Source of the DNA: Myxococcales bacterium
GTDB taxonomy: Bacteria; Myxococcota_A; UBA9042
Direction: 5' to 3'
Assembly: GCA_009692425.1 (NCBI GenBank)
Contig: SHZF01000004.1
Coordinates: 10,175 to 74,174, forward strand
Length of the DNA: 64,000 nucleotides
The translations under genes were made by a program, and so were the position numbers. Positions within the stretch are counted from its first letter, which is position 1; each line of letters starts with the position of its first letter. A model generated the notes under the pieces. That model did no database searches and was not told where the DNA came from. It saw nothing but the letters and a program-made list of their open reading frames with translations. Shown here piece after piece: positions 26,036 to 37,400 of the stretch.

Positions 26036-27348
26036 GTCCACGTCGAGCCGCCGCAGCGAGCTGTGCCGTGTTTGCACTGTGGGCCGGTGCCGCGCGCGCT
26101 TCTACTTGGGAGTTCAACGGATTCGGTCCGCGCGCCGCCGGCCTCGGCAACGCCAGCGAGGCCGCGTCCGACGACTACTTTGCGACCTACGCCAACCCGG
26201 CGAACCTCGCGCTGGCCAGGCACGTCCATGGGGGCTTCGGTTTCGATGTGTTGCGTCACGCGTTTGCGATCGAGCAGCGCGGCGGCCGTTCCCGTCACCC
26301 GCCACGGCTGCCGCAGGACAACCAACTGGTCCACGTCGGCTTGTCGACACCGCTGGGCGGTTGGCTCGACGAGCGTGCGGGCCTCGGCCTCGCCTTCCAA
26401 CTCCCGCTCGCGGGCCCCACGCGGCTCGATGCGCTCGACTACCGCACCCCCCACCTCACGCTGTACGACTCCTTGCCCGACCGGCTTGAACTCGCCATCG
26501 GCCTGGGCGTGCGGCCGCATCCGGCACTCGCGCTCGGTGTCTCGGTCCAGATGCTGACCGCGCTCGTCGGGCAGGCGTCGATCGACTTGTCGATTCTCGA
26601 TCACCGCATCACGCGCAAGGCGATGGACGTGGCGCTGACGACTCAGGTGTTCCCGATCGCGGGAGCCACGTGGTTGCCGCTCGACCCGCTGCGCGTGAGC
26701 CTGGTGTGGCGCGCGGAGTCGCTCATCCGCTACGGGCTGCCTCTCGACGTGTGGCTTGAGGAGGTGGGGCGCCTGCGTTTTCGCATCGGCGGGGTTGGCC
26801 TCTACTTGCCGGAGGTGTGGGCGCTTGCAGCGGCCTGGCGCACGTCGGGCGGTTGGATGGCGACGGCCGGCGTGGCCTGGCAGCGCTGGTCGGGGATGCC
26901 GCCACTGGCACCGACCGTCGACCTCGATCTGGACGACCGCGAGATCGTGCGGCGCGGAGTGCCGGCCGACTCGGTCCTGTTCGTGCGCAACCATCCGATC
27001 GAAATGGGTGCGCGCGACGTGTGGGTGCCGCGTGCTGGCGTCGAGTGGCAGGGCCGCGTGCTGGCCGCGCGCGGCGGCGTGCAACACCGACCGACGCCCT
27101 TGCCCCGGGCGGACGGCATCGGCAACTACCTCGATGCGCCGGCCACGACCGTGAGCTTGGGCGTCGGCGCACGTTTTGCCGACCCGCTCGCCGTGCACGA
27201 CCAGCCGCTCTCGCTCGATTTGACCTTGGCGTGGACCCAACTTGCGAGACGAACGGTGGAAAAACGCGACCCGGCTGACCCGGTGGGCGGCACCTCGGTC
27301 GCAGGAGGCAGCCTGCACGCCGCCGTCGGCATCCACCACGACTTCTGA
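26032..27348 (+). CDS. FadL/OmpP1-like outer-membrane beta-barrel
   Basis: Signal peptide, GFGPRAAGLGNA..A..DD..A..ANPANL, amphipathic strands, C-terminal F. Confidence 0.75.
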   Translation: MSPRRAAAASCAVFALWAGAARASTWEFNGFGPRAAGLGNASEAASDDYFATYANPANLALARHVHGGFGFDVLRHAFAIEQRGGRSRHPPRLPQDNQLVHVGLSTPLGGWLDERAGLGLAFQLPLAGPTRLDALDYRTPHLTLYDSLPDRLELAIGLGVRPHPALALGVSVQMLTALVGQASIDLSILDHRITRKAMDVALTTQVFPIAGATWLPLDPLRVSLVWRAESLIRYGLPLDVWLEEVGRLRFRIGGVGLYLPEVWALAAAWRTSGGWMATAGVAWQRWSGMPPLAPTVDLDLDDREIVRRGVPADSVLFVRNHPIEMGARDVWVPRAGVEWQGRVLAARGGVQHRPTPLPRADGIGNYLDAPATTVSLGVGARFADPLAVHDQPLSLDLTLAWTQLARRTVEKRDPADPVGGTSVAGGSLHAAVGIHHDF

Positions 27349-27396
27349 CGCAACGCGTGCTATGGTGCCCGGCCTGCCTTCGCCATCGTCGTCCGC

Positions 27397-28539
27397 ATGA
27401 CCGAGTTCGCCACCAACACCCGATCACCCTTGGCGCACATGTTGGCCGCGCTCGCCGCCCTGGTGTGCGTGGCGGGCGCCGCAACGTGGGTGTTCGTGGC
27501 GCGCAACGCCGCCCACGCCGTGCAACCCAGTGACGCGAGCCTGGCCGCTGCGGCCCACTGGATCGACGCGGCCGTGCAACCGGGCGACGCGCTCTCGTTC
27601 CAACCGGACTGGTCGGCGGCCCAGCGCTGGCGCTTCGTGGCGTCCTGGACCCGACGCGGCCTCGACGCCAACGCGGCCCTGGTGCTGGGTGCGCCGCTTG
27701 TAGCGTGGGACCTCGACGGCTTCCGCCGCGTCTGGGTCGTGTCGACACACGGGCTTGGCGCCAAGGTCCATGTCCGCGCGCCGGCACGCCTGCAGACCGC
27801 GCGCAGCTTCGGGCACGGCACCGAGGTGGGGCTGTGGACCCTGGCACCATCGTTGACCGTCAAGGACCTCGGGCGCGCGCTGGGCGAGGCCGTCGTCGAG
27901 CGCGATCAGCCCGACGGCTCCTGGTCGGCGTGCACGTGGCGAGGCAGTTCGTTCGACTGCGGCCCCGAGTCGTGGAAGACCGTGCTGCACGATTTGGCGC
28001 AGGTCGGCTCCGGTCGGCGCCCGTGTATCCACGTGACACCGCACCGTGACGGTGGCCGGACGCGCCTGACGTGGCACGGCGTCCCGGCCGCGCGCCGCCT
28101 CGAAGGGCACTTCGGCCTGCGGATGTGGGCGGTGCGCAACGAGGTCGGATCAGATCTGCGCTTTCGCGTGCGCGTGGGCGACGACGTCGTCTACGAGCGG
28201 GCTGCGGAGCGGAGCGAATTTGCGTGGCAACCGTGGCACGTCGACCTTGCGCCAGGCCAGCGCGGGCTCGACGTCTCCTTCGAGGTGTTCGCGGCGGAGC
28301 ATTCGTGGCGCTACGGTTGCTTTGACGCGCGCCTGACCGGTGCTGCCGAACCTGTCGCACAGCCTGCGTTCCTGGTCCCCGCCGTGCCGCCGCTGGCGCC
28401 GCCGACGCCGACGGTCGATCCGATTGCCGTGCCGCCCGCCCTGGTCGGCCCCGGTGGGCGCATCGTGCCCATGTTGCCTCCGGTCGTGCCGACACCTCCC
28501 GCCGTGCCCGCGCCGTCCGGTTCACCGGCCCCGAACTGA
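27397..28539 (+). CDS. Hypothetical membrane-anchored protein with Pro-rich tail
   Basis: N-terminal TM, beta-rich C-domain, fills gap between flanking + strand genes. Confidence 0.65.
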   Translation: MTEFATNTRSPLAHMLAALAALVCVAGAATWVFVARNAAHAVQPSDASLAAAAHWIDAAVQPGDALSFQPDWSAAQRWRFVASWTRRGLDANAALVLGAPLVAWDLDGFRRVWVVSTHGLGAKVHVRAPARLQTARSFGHGTEVGLWTLAPSLTVKDLGRALGEAVVERDQPDGSWSACTWRGSSFDCGPESWKTVLHDLAQVGSGRRPCIHVTPHRDGGRTRLTWHGVPAARRLEGHFGLRMWAVRNEVGSDLRFRVRVGDDVVYERAAERSEFAWQPWHVDLAPGQRGLDVSFEVFAAEHSWRYGCFDARLTGAAEPVAQPAFLVPAVPPLAPPTPTVDPIAVPPALVGPGGRIVPMLPPVVPTPPAVPAPSGSPAPN

Positions 28540-28547
28540 GGCACGCA

Positions 28548-29744
<1,197 letters not shown>

Positions 29745-29830
29745 ACGGCGCGGCGGATCGGGCACGATGAGCGCGCGGCGCTGCGAACGCGCGCAAGGCG
29801 CGAAGCCGCATCGCTCCAACGAGGTCTGCC

Positions 29831-31192
29831 GTGGGCATCACGTTTGTCGAAAAAGGGGACCGCTCCCGGCCGCGCCCGCACGCCAAAGTCGCGCTCGTGC
29901 TGGCGGGCGGCGCGGTCACCGGCGGCGCATTCAAGATCGGCGGACTCATTGCGCTCAACACGCTGCTCGAGAACCGTTCCGTCGTCGACTTCGACATCTA
30001 CGTCGGCGTGTCGGCGGGTGCTTTCCTGGCGGCGCCGCTGGCCGCCGGAGTCAGCCCCGAAGAGATGCTGGCGAGCCTCGAAGGCCACAGTCCGCGCATC
30101 GATCGGTTCAACGCGCTCGATTTCTACCGGCCCAACTGGCGCGAGGCCGCCGCGAAGCCGTGGCAACTCGTACGCGACGCCCTGCTGACGGTGCCCGCCG
30201 CCACCGAAGCCGCTTGGGCCCAGGTGACGGAACACCGGCCGGAATTGCTGACGCGCGCCCGCGACTTCGTGCTCGCCCCGACGTACCAGACCGCCGAGGC
30301 GCTGGTCGAGCCCTTCATCACGGAGACGCTGCGCCACAGTCGCTTGCGCCCGGGGCTGTCGTACGTGCCGTCGGGCATCTTCGACAACCGCGGCATCGAG
30401 CGCTACCTGCGCGAACAACTGCGCAAGAACAACGTGCCCAACGATTTTCGCCTGATGCACCTGGAGCGCGGCAAGTCGCTTTACATCGGCGCGACGAACC
30501 TGAACACCGCAGAAGGCGTGGTGTTCGGCCATGACGAAGACAACAGCGTGACGATTTCCGAGGCCGTCCAAGCATCGACCGCGATCCCAGGCTTCTACCG
30601 GCCGGCGCGCATCCGCGGGCAGGACTATATCGATGCCGGCGTGCGGCGCACGGCCAACATCAGCCAGGCCGTCAAGCGCGGCGCGACGTTGGTGATTGCG
30701 TACAACCCGTTTCGACCATTCGTGAACTATCACACCGACCAACTGCTCAACGGCAACACGTCGATTTCGGACATGGGCATCGGCACCGTCATCAACCAGG
30801 CGTTTCGCACGATGCTGCACACGCGCCTGCTGCTCGGCATTGAAAAGCTGCAACTCAACCCGGACTTCCACGGCGACGTGATCCTGCTCGAACCGAGCGA
30901 GACGGACGTGAAGTTCTTCAACATGAACCCGCTGAACTTCTGGCAGCGGGCCGAGTCCGCGTTCCACGGCTACGTCAGCGCCACCGAAGCGATCGAGCGC
31001 CACCATGCGCGCATCGACAGCGTGCTGCGCAGCTACGGCATCCGCACCGACATCCAGCGCATGCGCGACCGGGTCGACCGCATCCGCAAGTCGGGCTTCG
31101 ACGAGCGTGGCATCATGAAGGAACTGATGCGCGATCTGCACCCGCAGCCTGACGCCGAACGCCCGCCTGTCAAGCTGCGCGTGGTGCGCTAG
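29831..31192 (+). CDS. Patatin-like phospholipase
   Basis: LAGGAVTG, GVSAG nucleophile, ASTAIPG, DAG. Confidence 0.88.
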   Translation: MGITFVEKGDRSRPRPHAKVALVLAGGAVTGGAFKIGGLIALNTLLENRSVVDFDIYVGVSAGAFLAAPLAAGVSPEEMLASLEGHSPRIDRFNALDFYRPNWREAAAKPWQLVRDALLTVPAATEAAWAQVTEHRPELLTRARDFVLAPTYQTAEALVEPFITETLRHSRLRPGLSYVPSGIFDNRGIERYLREQLRKNNVPNDFRLMHLERGKSLYIGATNLNTAEGVVFGHDEDNSVTISEAVQASTAIPGFYRPARIRGQDYIDAGVRRTANISQAVKRGATLVIAYNPFRPFVNYHTDQLLNGNTSISDMGIGTVINQAFRTMLHTRLLLGIEKLQLNPDFHGDVILLEPSETDVKFFNMNPLNFWQRAESAFHGYVSATEAIERHHARIDSVLRSYGIRTDIQRMRDRVDRIRKSGFDERGIMKELMRDLHPQPDAERPPVKLRVVR

Positions 31193-31209
31193 CTTGTAGC
31201 GTCTACTGG

Positions 31210-32295
31210 TCAGCCGCCGTTGGCCCGCGTGCTGACGCCGGCGCCCCACCACTTGACGCCCTTCGGAACCGCGATGCCCTGCACAGGCGTCGCCTTGCCG
31301 GTCTGGACGTCGAGCGTGTACACCATGCCCGCCGAACTGAACGCGTAAAAAACGCCCTGCCACCAAGCGAGGCCGAACAGGTTGTCGACGCCGGTCTCGC
31401 CCACGAATTGGTCGATCGCACCCGTCTTCGGGTTCACGCGCACGAGCGTGTCGGTCGGAGACTTCCCCTTCAGTGTCGCGTACGTGCCGATGCCATCAAC
31501 GGAAAACGCGTCGCCCGAGCTGAGCCAGCCGGCCGGGTAGTTGCCGAGTTTCTTGATGGTGGTCTTGCCGCCGGCAATCTGGATGTGGTTCCAACTGCCG
31601 GTCTCGCCGATGCCGACCAGCACGTCGGCGCCCGGGTCGACCGTGCCTTTCGGCACGAAGGTGAGGCCGTTGAACGGGCTCGGCAGATCGGCAATCCACG
31701 CGCACTTCGCGTTGGCGATTCCGCAGACGAAGACGTCGGTGTGCGTGACCGCGTACAGCTTGCCGCCGGCGTCGACCGCGATGTCGGTGACCAGCCCCTT
31801 GGACTTGTCGAACGTGAACTTGCCCACCTCGACGATCGCCTTGGTGGCCAGATCGAGGCGGAACAGTGCGTCCGCCGTGTGGGCGTACAGGTGTCCGACG
31901 GGTCCAGCGGCACCGCCATCCAAGGGAGGCGCCTCGACATCGACGGCTCCGTCCTTGTCGAGCAGGGCACTCCAATCGATGTCGCCCGTGTCGTCTGCGG
32001 CGGCGGCATCGACCAGGTCCGGTTCTGTATCGGACCCGGTCAATGCCGAGACGTCTGCGGGCGCCGGGCCGTCCGTCGATGCGCCGGGCACCGCGTCGGC
32101 TGCGCCGTCGGCCACACTGGTTTTCGCATCCGTCGCGGCGCCATTGCGCAGCGGGCCGACGCCACTGGCGGGAGTCGGTCCCGCAGCGGGGTCCGCGCAA
32201 CTGGCGAGCACGGCCAGCATCACGAGTCCCCGCCCGACGACGACGCCCGGTCGCACGCCACGCGCGAGCAACCGAGGAGCGAACCGCTGCGCCAT
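31210..32295 (-). CDS. Lipoprotein with probable beta-propeller domain
   Basis: LASC lipobox, Asp/Ala linker, LYAHT..LF, TDIAVD..G.LY, SSGD, WWGAGVST. Confidence 0.7.
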   Translation of the reverse strand: MAQRFAPRLLARGVRPGVVVGRGLVMLAVLASCADPAAGPTPASGVGPLRNGAATDAKTSVADGAADAVPGASTDGPAPADVSALTGSDTEPDLVDAAAADDTGDIDWSALLDKDGAVDVEAPPLDGGAAGPVGHLYAHTADALFRLDLATKAIVEVGKFTFDKSKGLVTDIAVDAGGKLYAVTHTDVFVCGIANAKCAWIADLPSPFNGLTFVPKGTVDPGADVLVGIGETGSWNHIQIAGGKTTIKKLGNYPAGWLSSGDAFSVDGIGTYATLKGKSPTDTLVRVNPKTGAIDQFVGETGVDNLFGLAWWQGVFYAFSSAGMVYTLDVQTGKATPVQGIAVPKGVKWWGAGVSTRANGG

Positions 32296-32299
32296 CGGG

Positions 32300-32647
32300 C
32301 TACACCTTGCCAGCGGTCGTCGCCTGGCGGTGCAGGTCGAGCAGGCGCCACGACGAGAACCGTTCGAGTTTCTCGCGATCGCCCGCCGGGGCACCCTTGG
32401 GAAAGCGCAGTGCGAGGATCGCCGTCACGACGCCGTCCTTGGAGCCGAACTCCTTGACCATGCGCGACGCCGCGCGGTGGTGCGACAGGAGCCGCGAATT
32501 CGGTGCCTGCATCAGCTTGGCCCGCGACCCGTCGGGCGTTGCCCCGCTGAGCGCGAGGATGGCGTCGACGAGCGCGCCCTTGTTGCCGAATGCGGACTTG
32601 ACCCGACTTTTCGGTCCCGGTGGATTGACTTGTTTGCCCTTTGCCAT
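32300..32647 (-). CDS. Small basic hypothetical protein
   Basis: GAGGGA RBS before ATG 32647; internal repeat VKSAFGNKGALVDAIL / VKEFGSKDGVVTAIL. Confidence 0.7.
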   Translation of the reverse strand: MAKGKQVNPPGPKSRVKSAFGNKGALVDAILALSGATPDGSRAKLMQAPNSRLLSHHRAASRMVKEFGSKDGVVTAILALRFPKGAPAGDREKLERFSSWRLLDLHRQATTAGKV

Positions 32648-32758
32648 GATTCCCTCGTAGCGCCGGCCGTACGATGGCGCCAACCCATGGTGGCGCGCCG
32701 ACGTGCGATGCCGGGCAGCAGAAGGGAGACACCCGTCTCCCGTGCTGTGCGGCGTTCC

Positions 32759-32842
32759 AAGGCCCTATGACCTTGAGTGGACAGGCCCTACGGCCTTGAG
32801 TGGACAGGCCCTGCGGCCTTGAGTGGACTGGCCCTGCGGCCT
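32759..32842. repeat. 3.5 x 23-bp tandem repeat of mini-hairpins
   Basis: ccttgagtggac(a/t)ggccct(a/g)cgg at 32771, 32794, 32817 plus a partial unit; begins at the bamD stop codon. Confidence 0.9.
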
Positions 32843-33746
32843 ACCCTTCCTCCAGTTCTCGATCCGTAAGCTTCTCGGGCTTCACCTCGGCCGTAGGCGG
32901 CGGTTCGGCCGGCATCTCGCTTGCCTCGCCGCGCGCCTTGGCCCTCGCCATCTCGCGTTCGAACTGGGTGACGGTGGCAGCCGCCGCCGATCCGACCGAA
33001 GTCTGCGGCCAGCGCGCGCCGATGACCCGCCACACGTCGACGGCGCGTTGGCGCCAGGCGAGGTGCTCGTAGGCTTCCGCGAGCAGCGCATAGTTGTCGA
33101 GCGTATGCGTGCGCGCCGGGTGTTCCTGCATCGCCTGGTGCAAGCGGGCGACGACACCGACCCATTGACCGGCGTCGCGGTAGAATTCGATGACGTAGTG
33201 GTTGTGCGCGTCCAGCACGTCGAGGCAGCGGTCGCGCAACAGCAGGGCCTCGGTCACGTAGCGCGAGCGTGGATGCTGGCGCACGAAGCGCTCGAGCTGC
33301 TTGCGCGCCTGCTGCACGCTGGAGAGGTCGAGTTCGTGTACGGGCGGCAGCGCCCAGAAATCCGACGGCATCATCTCGACGTGCGCCTTGGCGACCATGA
33401 AGAGCGCGTACGGCACGTTTTCATTGCCGTCGTGGCGCTGAACGAACGAGTGGTAGGTCTCGATCGCCTCTTCGAACTTGCGCTGGTGGAACTGGGCGTC
33501 GGCCAAGCGCAACCGTGCCAACGCGGTCAGACCCAGGTAGCTCGGCAGCTTGGAAAGCTTGAGGAAGTCCTGCTCCGCCTCCAGCAAGCCGCCACCATGC
33601 AGGTGTTCGAGGCCGTCCTGATACAACGACTCGGCTTCCACCGCGATCGGCTGCGCGGTCTGCGAGCTGCAGGCAAAGGCGAACGCACCGCACGCGCCCA
33701 CGAGGAGGCGGACGCAGGCGGGGCCGGTTGCAACGCAGGCTGCCAT
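32841..33746 (-). CDS. bamD: Outer membrane protein assembly factor BamD
   Basis: Lipobox AFAC, AESLY, ARLRLADAQF, YHSFVQRH, PYALF, FVRQHPRSRY TPR pattern. Confidence 0.8.
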   Translation of the reverse strand: MAACVATGPACVRLLVGACGAFAFACSSQTAQPIAVEAESLYQDGLEHLHGGGLLEAEQDFLKLSKLPSYLGLTALARLRLADAQFHQRKFEEAIETYHSFVQRHDGNENVPYALFMVAKAHVEMMPSDFWALPPVHELDLSSVQQARKQLERFVRQHPRSRYVTEALLLRDRCLDVLDAHNHYVIEFYRDAGQWVGVVARLHQAMQEHPARTHTLDNYALLAEAYEHLAWRQRAVDVWRVIGARWPQTSVGSAAAATVTQFEREMARAKARGEASEMPAEPPPTAEVKPEKLTDRELEEG

Positions 33747-33810
33747 CGGGCGACACGGGCCGCACACGGCGGCCAAGGGCGCAGCAGGGTGAGGGATCGG
33801 CGCGTTGGCG

Positions 33811-34230
33811 TCAAGGCGATTCGCGCTCTTGCTCGGTGGCGTGGACCAGTGCGCGCACTTCCGCCGCGGTGCGGGCGTGCAGGCCCAAGCTGGGTCCGAC
33901 CCGGTGCACGACGCCGATCAGGGCCGCGCCGTAGGCCTCGGCACGGGCGGGGCCGAATCCGCGCACGAGGCGCAGTCCATCGAGGTCGGCCGGGCGCAGG
34001 CGGGCGAGCGCGCGCAGGGCGGCGTTGGGCGCCACGTGGTAGGCCGGCACCCGCTGCTCCGCTTCGGTCTCGGCCTCCTGGGCGAGGACGCGACGCGTGC
34101 GGCTCAGTTCGTCGTACAGGGCACGCTCGGGCTCCGACAGGGGAGCCTCAGGCGGCGGCGCGGGCATGAGGGCGCGGTGCGGCGTGACGCGACGGTCTTC
34201 GGATGGGGACGGCGTGACGATCGGATGCAT
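33811..34230 (-). CDS. Stand-alone HRDC domain protein
   Basis: LYDELSRTRRVLA...VPAYHVAPNAALRALARLRP...L..VRGFGPARAEAYG; GGAG before ATG 34230. Confidence 0.78.
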   Translation of the reverse strand: MHPIVTPSPSEDRRVTPHRALMPAPPPEAPLSEPERALYDELSRTRRVLAQEAETEAEQRVPAYHVAPNAALRALARLRPADLDGLRLVRGFGPARAEAYGAALIGVVHRVGPSLGLHARTAAEVRALVHATEQERESP

Positions 34231-34277
34231 GACGGCTCCAGCGGCCGCGTCAGCGTGCGGCCTGTGGGGCCCGACCG

Positions 34278-34293
34278 TGCAGGAGTCGTGCCA
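34278..34293 (-). promoter_or_regulatory. Sigma-54 -24/-12 promoter of the HRDC gene
   Basis: Minus strand TGGCACGACTCCTGCA (GG-N10-GC), 48 bp upstream of ATG. Confidence 0.65.
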
Positions 34294-34322
34294 CGGAGGC
34301 GACATTCCACATCGTTTTGTGA

Positions 34323-34428
34323 ATTCAATCTGTTGCAAGACAAGGCCTCGCTTGCGTGGTCGCAGGGCCCCGTCACAGTCTCGCGAATCGGTCTCGCCAA
34401 GGTGAGACGCAACGCAGCGGGTGAGACC
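34323..34428. promoter_or_regulatory. IHF-like site plus putative enhancer (UAS) repeats
   Basis: ATTCAATCTGTTG (1 mismatch to WATCAANNNNTTR); GTCTCGC x2 and GGTGAGAC x2, including palindrome GTCTCGCC-AA-GGTGAGAC. Confidence 0.45.
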
Positions 34429-34455
34429 CCCAACGCAACCGGCAAGCCCCGTGCG

Positions 34456-37400
34456 TCAGCGCACGATCGCCTTGTAGTAGCGCTGCAGGCGGTCGCTCCA
34501 CGCCCCTGGCGCGCGCCGTTGCATCGCCCGCAGCACGTCGGCCCGGAACGCTTCGACGCCCGCATCGGCCGCGCCCGAGCCGACGTCGGCCGCGCCACGG
34601 TCGGGCGCGAGCCCCACCACGTCGATGGGGTCGGATGCAGATGGCTCCGCACCGCCCTGTGGCGACAGCATGTCGGCCGCGCGCTGCAGAGATTCGAGTA
34701 CTTCGCCGCCCTGTTCGAAGGCACGCGTCGCTTCGAACCGGTCCAAAGCATCGCGGGCTTCGCGCATCACGCCGAGCGCATGGTCCAGCCGCGCTCCGAC
34801 CGCGTGCTGGAGCGCGGGCGCCGTTCCCGCAGCGGCGAGGCGCTGGCGCAACGTGTCCAGATCGCGGCGCACCTGTTCTTGCTGCAGCGCATTTGCCTCC
34901 AATCGCTGGCGTGTCGGTGCGCGCAGTAGGTCTTCGGGCCGCGGCAGGGCGCCGCGCAGTGCCGCTGCCGCCTTCGCCAGTCGCTCGCCGGCCTCGGCAA
35001 GGCGCGCCCTGTCGAGTTCCGTCGATCGGGCGCTGGGGGCTCCGGTGGCGTGCAGCGCGCGCCCCGCGGCACCGATCAGGTCGTCGGCTTCGAGCATGGC
35101 CTGCAGGGCACCGTCGATGTGGCCGCCGGCCAGCGCCGACTGGGCCGACGCGATCGCCGCCCGCAGTCCGTTGACCGCGCGCAGCGACGACGGCCCGGCA
35201 GTCTGCAGTCGCGTAGGTCGCACCGCGTCGCGGGCCTGATCAAGGAGTTCCTGCACGGCCGGCAGAACCTGGGTGCGCGCCTGCCGCAACAGTTCCACAA
35301 GACTTCTGGACTGTTCAGCGCTTGCCGCGCGCAACTCGTCGCGCAACCGCCCCTGGCCCTGCTGCACCTGGCGGATGCCGCGCCGCAGGTCCGTCACGAG
35401 CCGCACATGGGCTGCCTCTTGCGCGCCGAGCTTGCCGTGGACACGTTCACGAACTGCGGCGACGACCGCCTGCAGGTCCTCGCGCAGTTGCCGCATTCGT
35501 TCGATCGCCTCGCGCGTGCGCCCTTGCCGCAGGAGGTCGCGTACTGCGCCGAGAGACTGGCGATGGTCGCCGAGGTCGCGCTGCAGGCCGCCGGCGTCGA
35601 GCCCCCCCGCGTTGACGTGCTCGTAGGGCACGATCCGCATCTGTTTCGAGGCGGCGGCGGCAAGCCGGTCGAGTTGGGCCTCGACGGCGTCGAGCAGGCG
35701 TTCGGCCTCAGAACGCAGAGGCGCCGCGCTGTCGTCCACGAGTTTGCCGAGCGTGGCGAGCAGGCGCTGTTCGGCGTCGTCGAGCGTCTGGGCATCGCGC
35801 GCCAGCGCGACCTGCTGCTCCGTGGAAGCCAAGCGAGCGAGTGCGTCGACCGCTCGCTCCTCTGCCGCGATGACCTCGGCGTGCAAGCGTTGGACTGCGT
35901 ACAGGTCCTTGACGGCGGCGTAGCCGGTGGCGCCGGTGTCGGTGCGGGCCAGCAACCGCGCTTCAGACGCAAGGGGTTCCGCGAGGCGCCGCTCGATTTC
36001 TGCCAGGTCCGCTCCGGTGCGCACCCCGGCCTGCTCGTCGCCCGCGAGTTCGCGCTGCACGCCGCGCAGGTCTTCGAGGGCGCCCTGCTCCGCATCGGCC
36101 AGTTCGCCACGGTTGCGCAGCGCCCATTCCAGCGTGGCCGTGCGCGCGGCCGGGTCGCGCTCGAGTCGGTCGGCCAACCGGAGCGTCCAGGTCTCCGACA
36201 GCCGGGCGAGCCCCTCGACGATGCGCGCGTGGTGGCGGTCGGCTGAAAACATGCGGACTTGAAGCTTCTGCGACACGCCGCGCCGCCCCGTTTCATTGGG
36301 GTTGCTGTCGCCCGCCTCGAGGTACACGGTTGCGGTCTCTCCGGGCCGGAGTTGCAACGCATCGACAGCGAGCACCTCGCGCACGGCCACGCGCGTCTCA
36401 CCGAGCGCCGCAAGCACGATCGCGCGCCGCTCGACGCCGCTCGATGGGCGCACGATCACGAGATTGAGCAGCGCCAGACCGATGTCGTCGCGGGCCTCGC
36501 CCTCGATCGGATACGCCTGGCCCGGGCGAACTTCTACCTCCGTGTCCGCGGCGCGCAGCGTAGCGGTCGGCGGCTGGTCCGGCCACGTCTTGATGTCGCG
36601 CCAGCCGCGTTCGCGCGCGCGATTCCCCTCGTTGTCGCGTCCCGCGTAGCGATAGCGCAGGGGCTCCAGCACGATGCGGGCCCACTGCACGCTGTGATCC
36701 GCGCGCTCGACGACCTTGCTGACTTCCGTGCGAAAACCGGTTGCCACGTGGGTCTCGATTTCGACATGGGTGACGCCAAAGCCGGGCAGGACGGCGGCAC
36801 GCATCGTGACCCGCGAACCGTGCAGCACGGCGAGGTCTGTGGCTTCCTCTTCGCGGGGCGCCAGCCGATGCGCGGCGTGTGGCGGCGCGGCAACGTGCGC
36901 GTGGACGTCGCCAACCAGCGTGCCGAATTCGATGACGGCAGGGCCGGTGTCCTGGCGCGCCCGCAACAGCCGATCCCAGAACTGGGGCGTGGCCACGGTC
37001 GAGACGGCCCACGCACAGGTGGCGACGGCAAGCAACCCCGTGTATTGCAAGAGGCGCCCGCGCAACGACGCCCGCGCCGCATCGACGATGCCGAGATGGC
37101 GCAGCGCGTGCGCCAGGGCGTGGTCGAGCAAGCGCACCGATGGGGCCGCTTCGAATGCCGCGCGCATCGCCAGTTCGAGGCCGCTGCGCAGGGCCTCCGC
37201 AGTGGCCGGGTCAGCCATCTCGACCGCCGCCTGTTCGGCCACCCACCTGCCGAGGTGTAGCGAACTGCGCCAGCGCGCGATACCCAGGCCCAGGCCGCAG
37301 CACGCGCCGGCACCTGCGGCACAGCCCAGCGTCCACCCCAGCGCGGTACCGGATGCCGCCAGCACGACCACGAGCACCGCGCCTGCGCCGGCCAGCGCCA

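Noticed and set aside
32759..32842. CRISPR mini-array
   Set aside because: Units are contiguous and the linker is identical in every unit
34335..34440. Third copy of the 150-bp element
   Set aside because: Only short words (caaggc, gcaacgcag) match; better explained as an enhancer region
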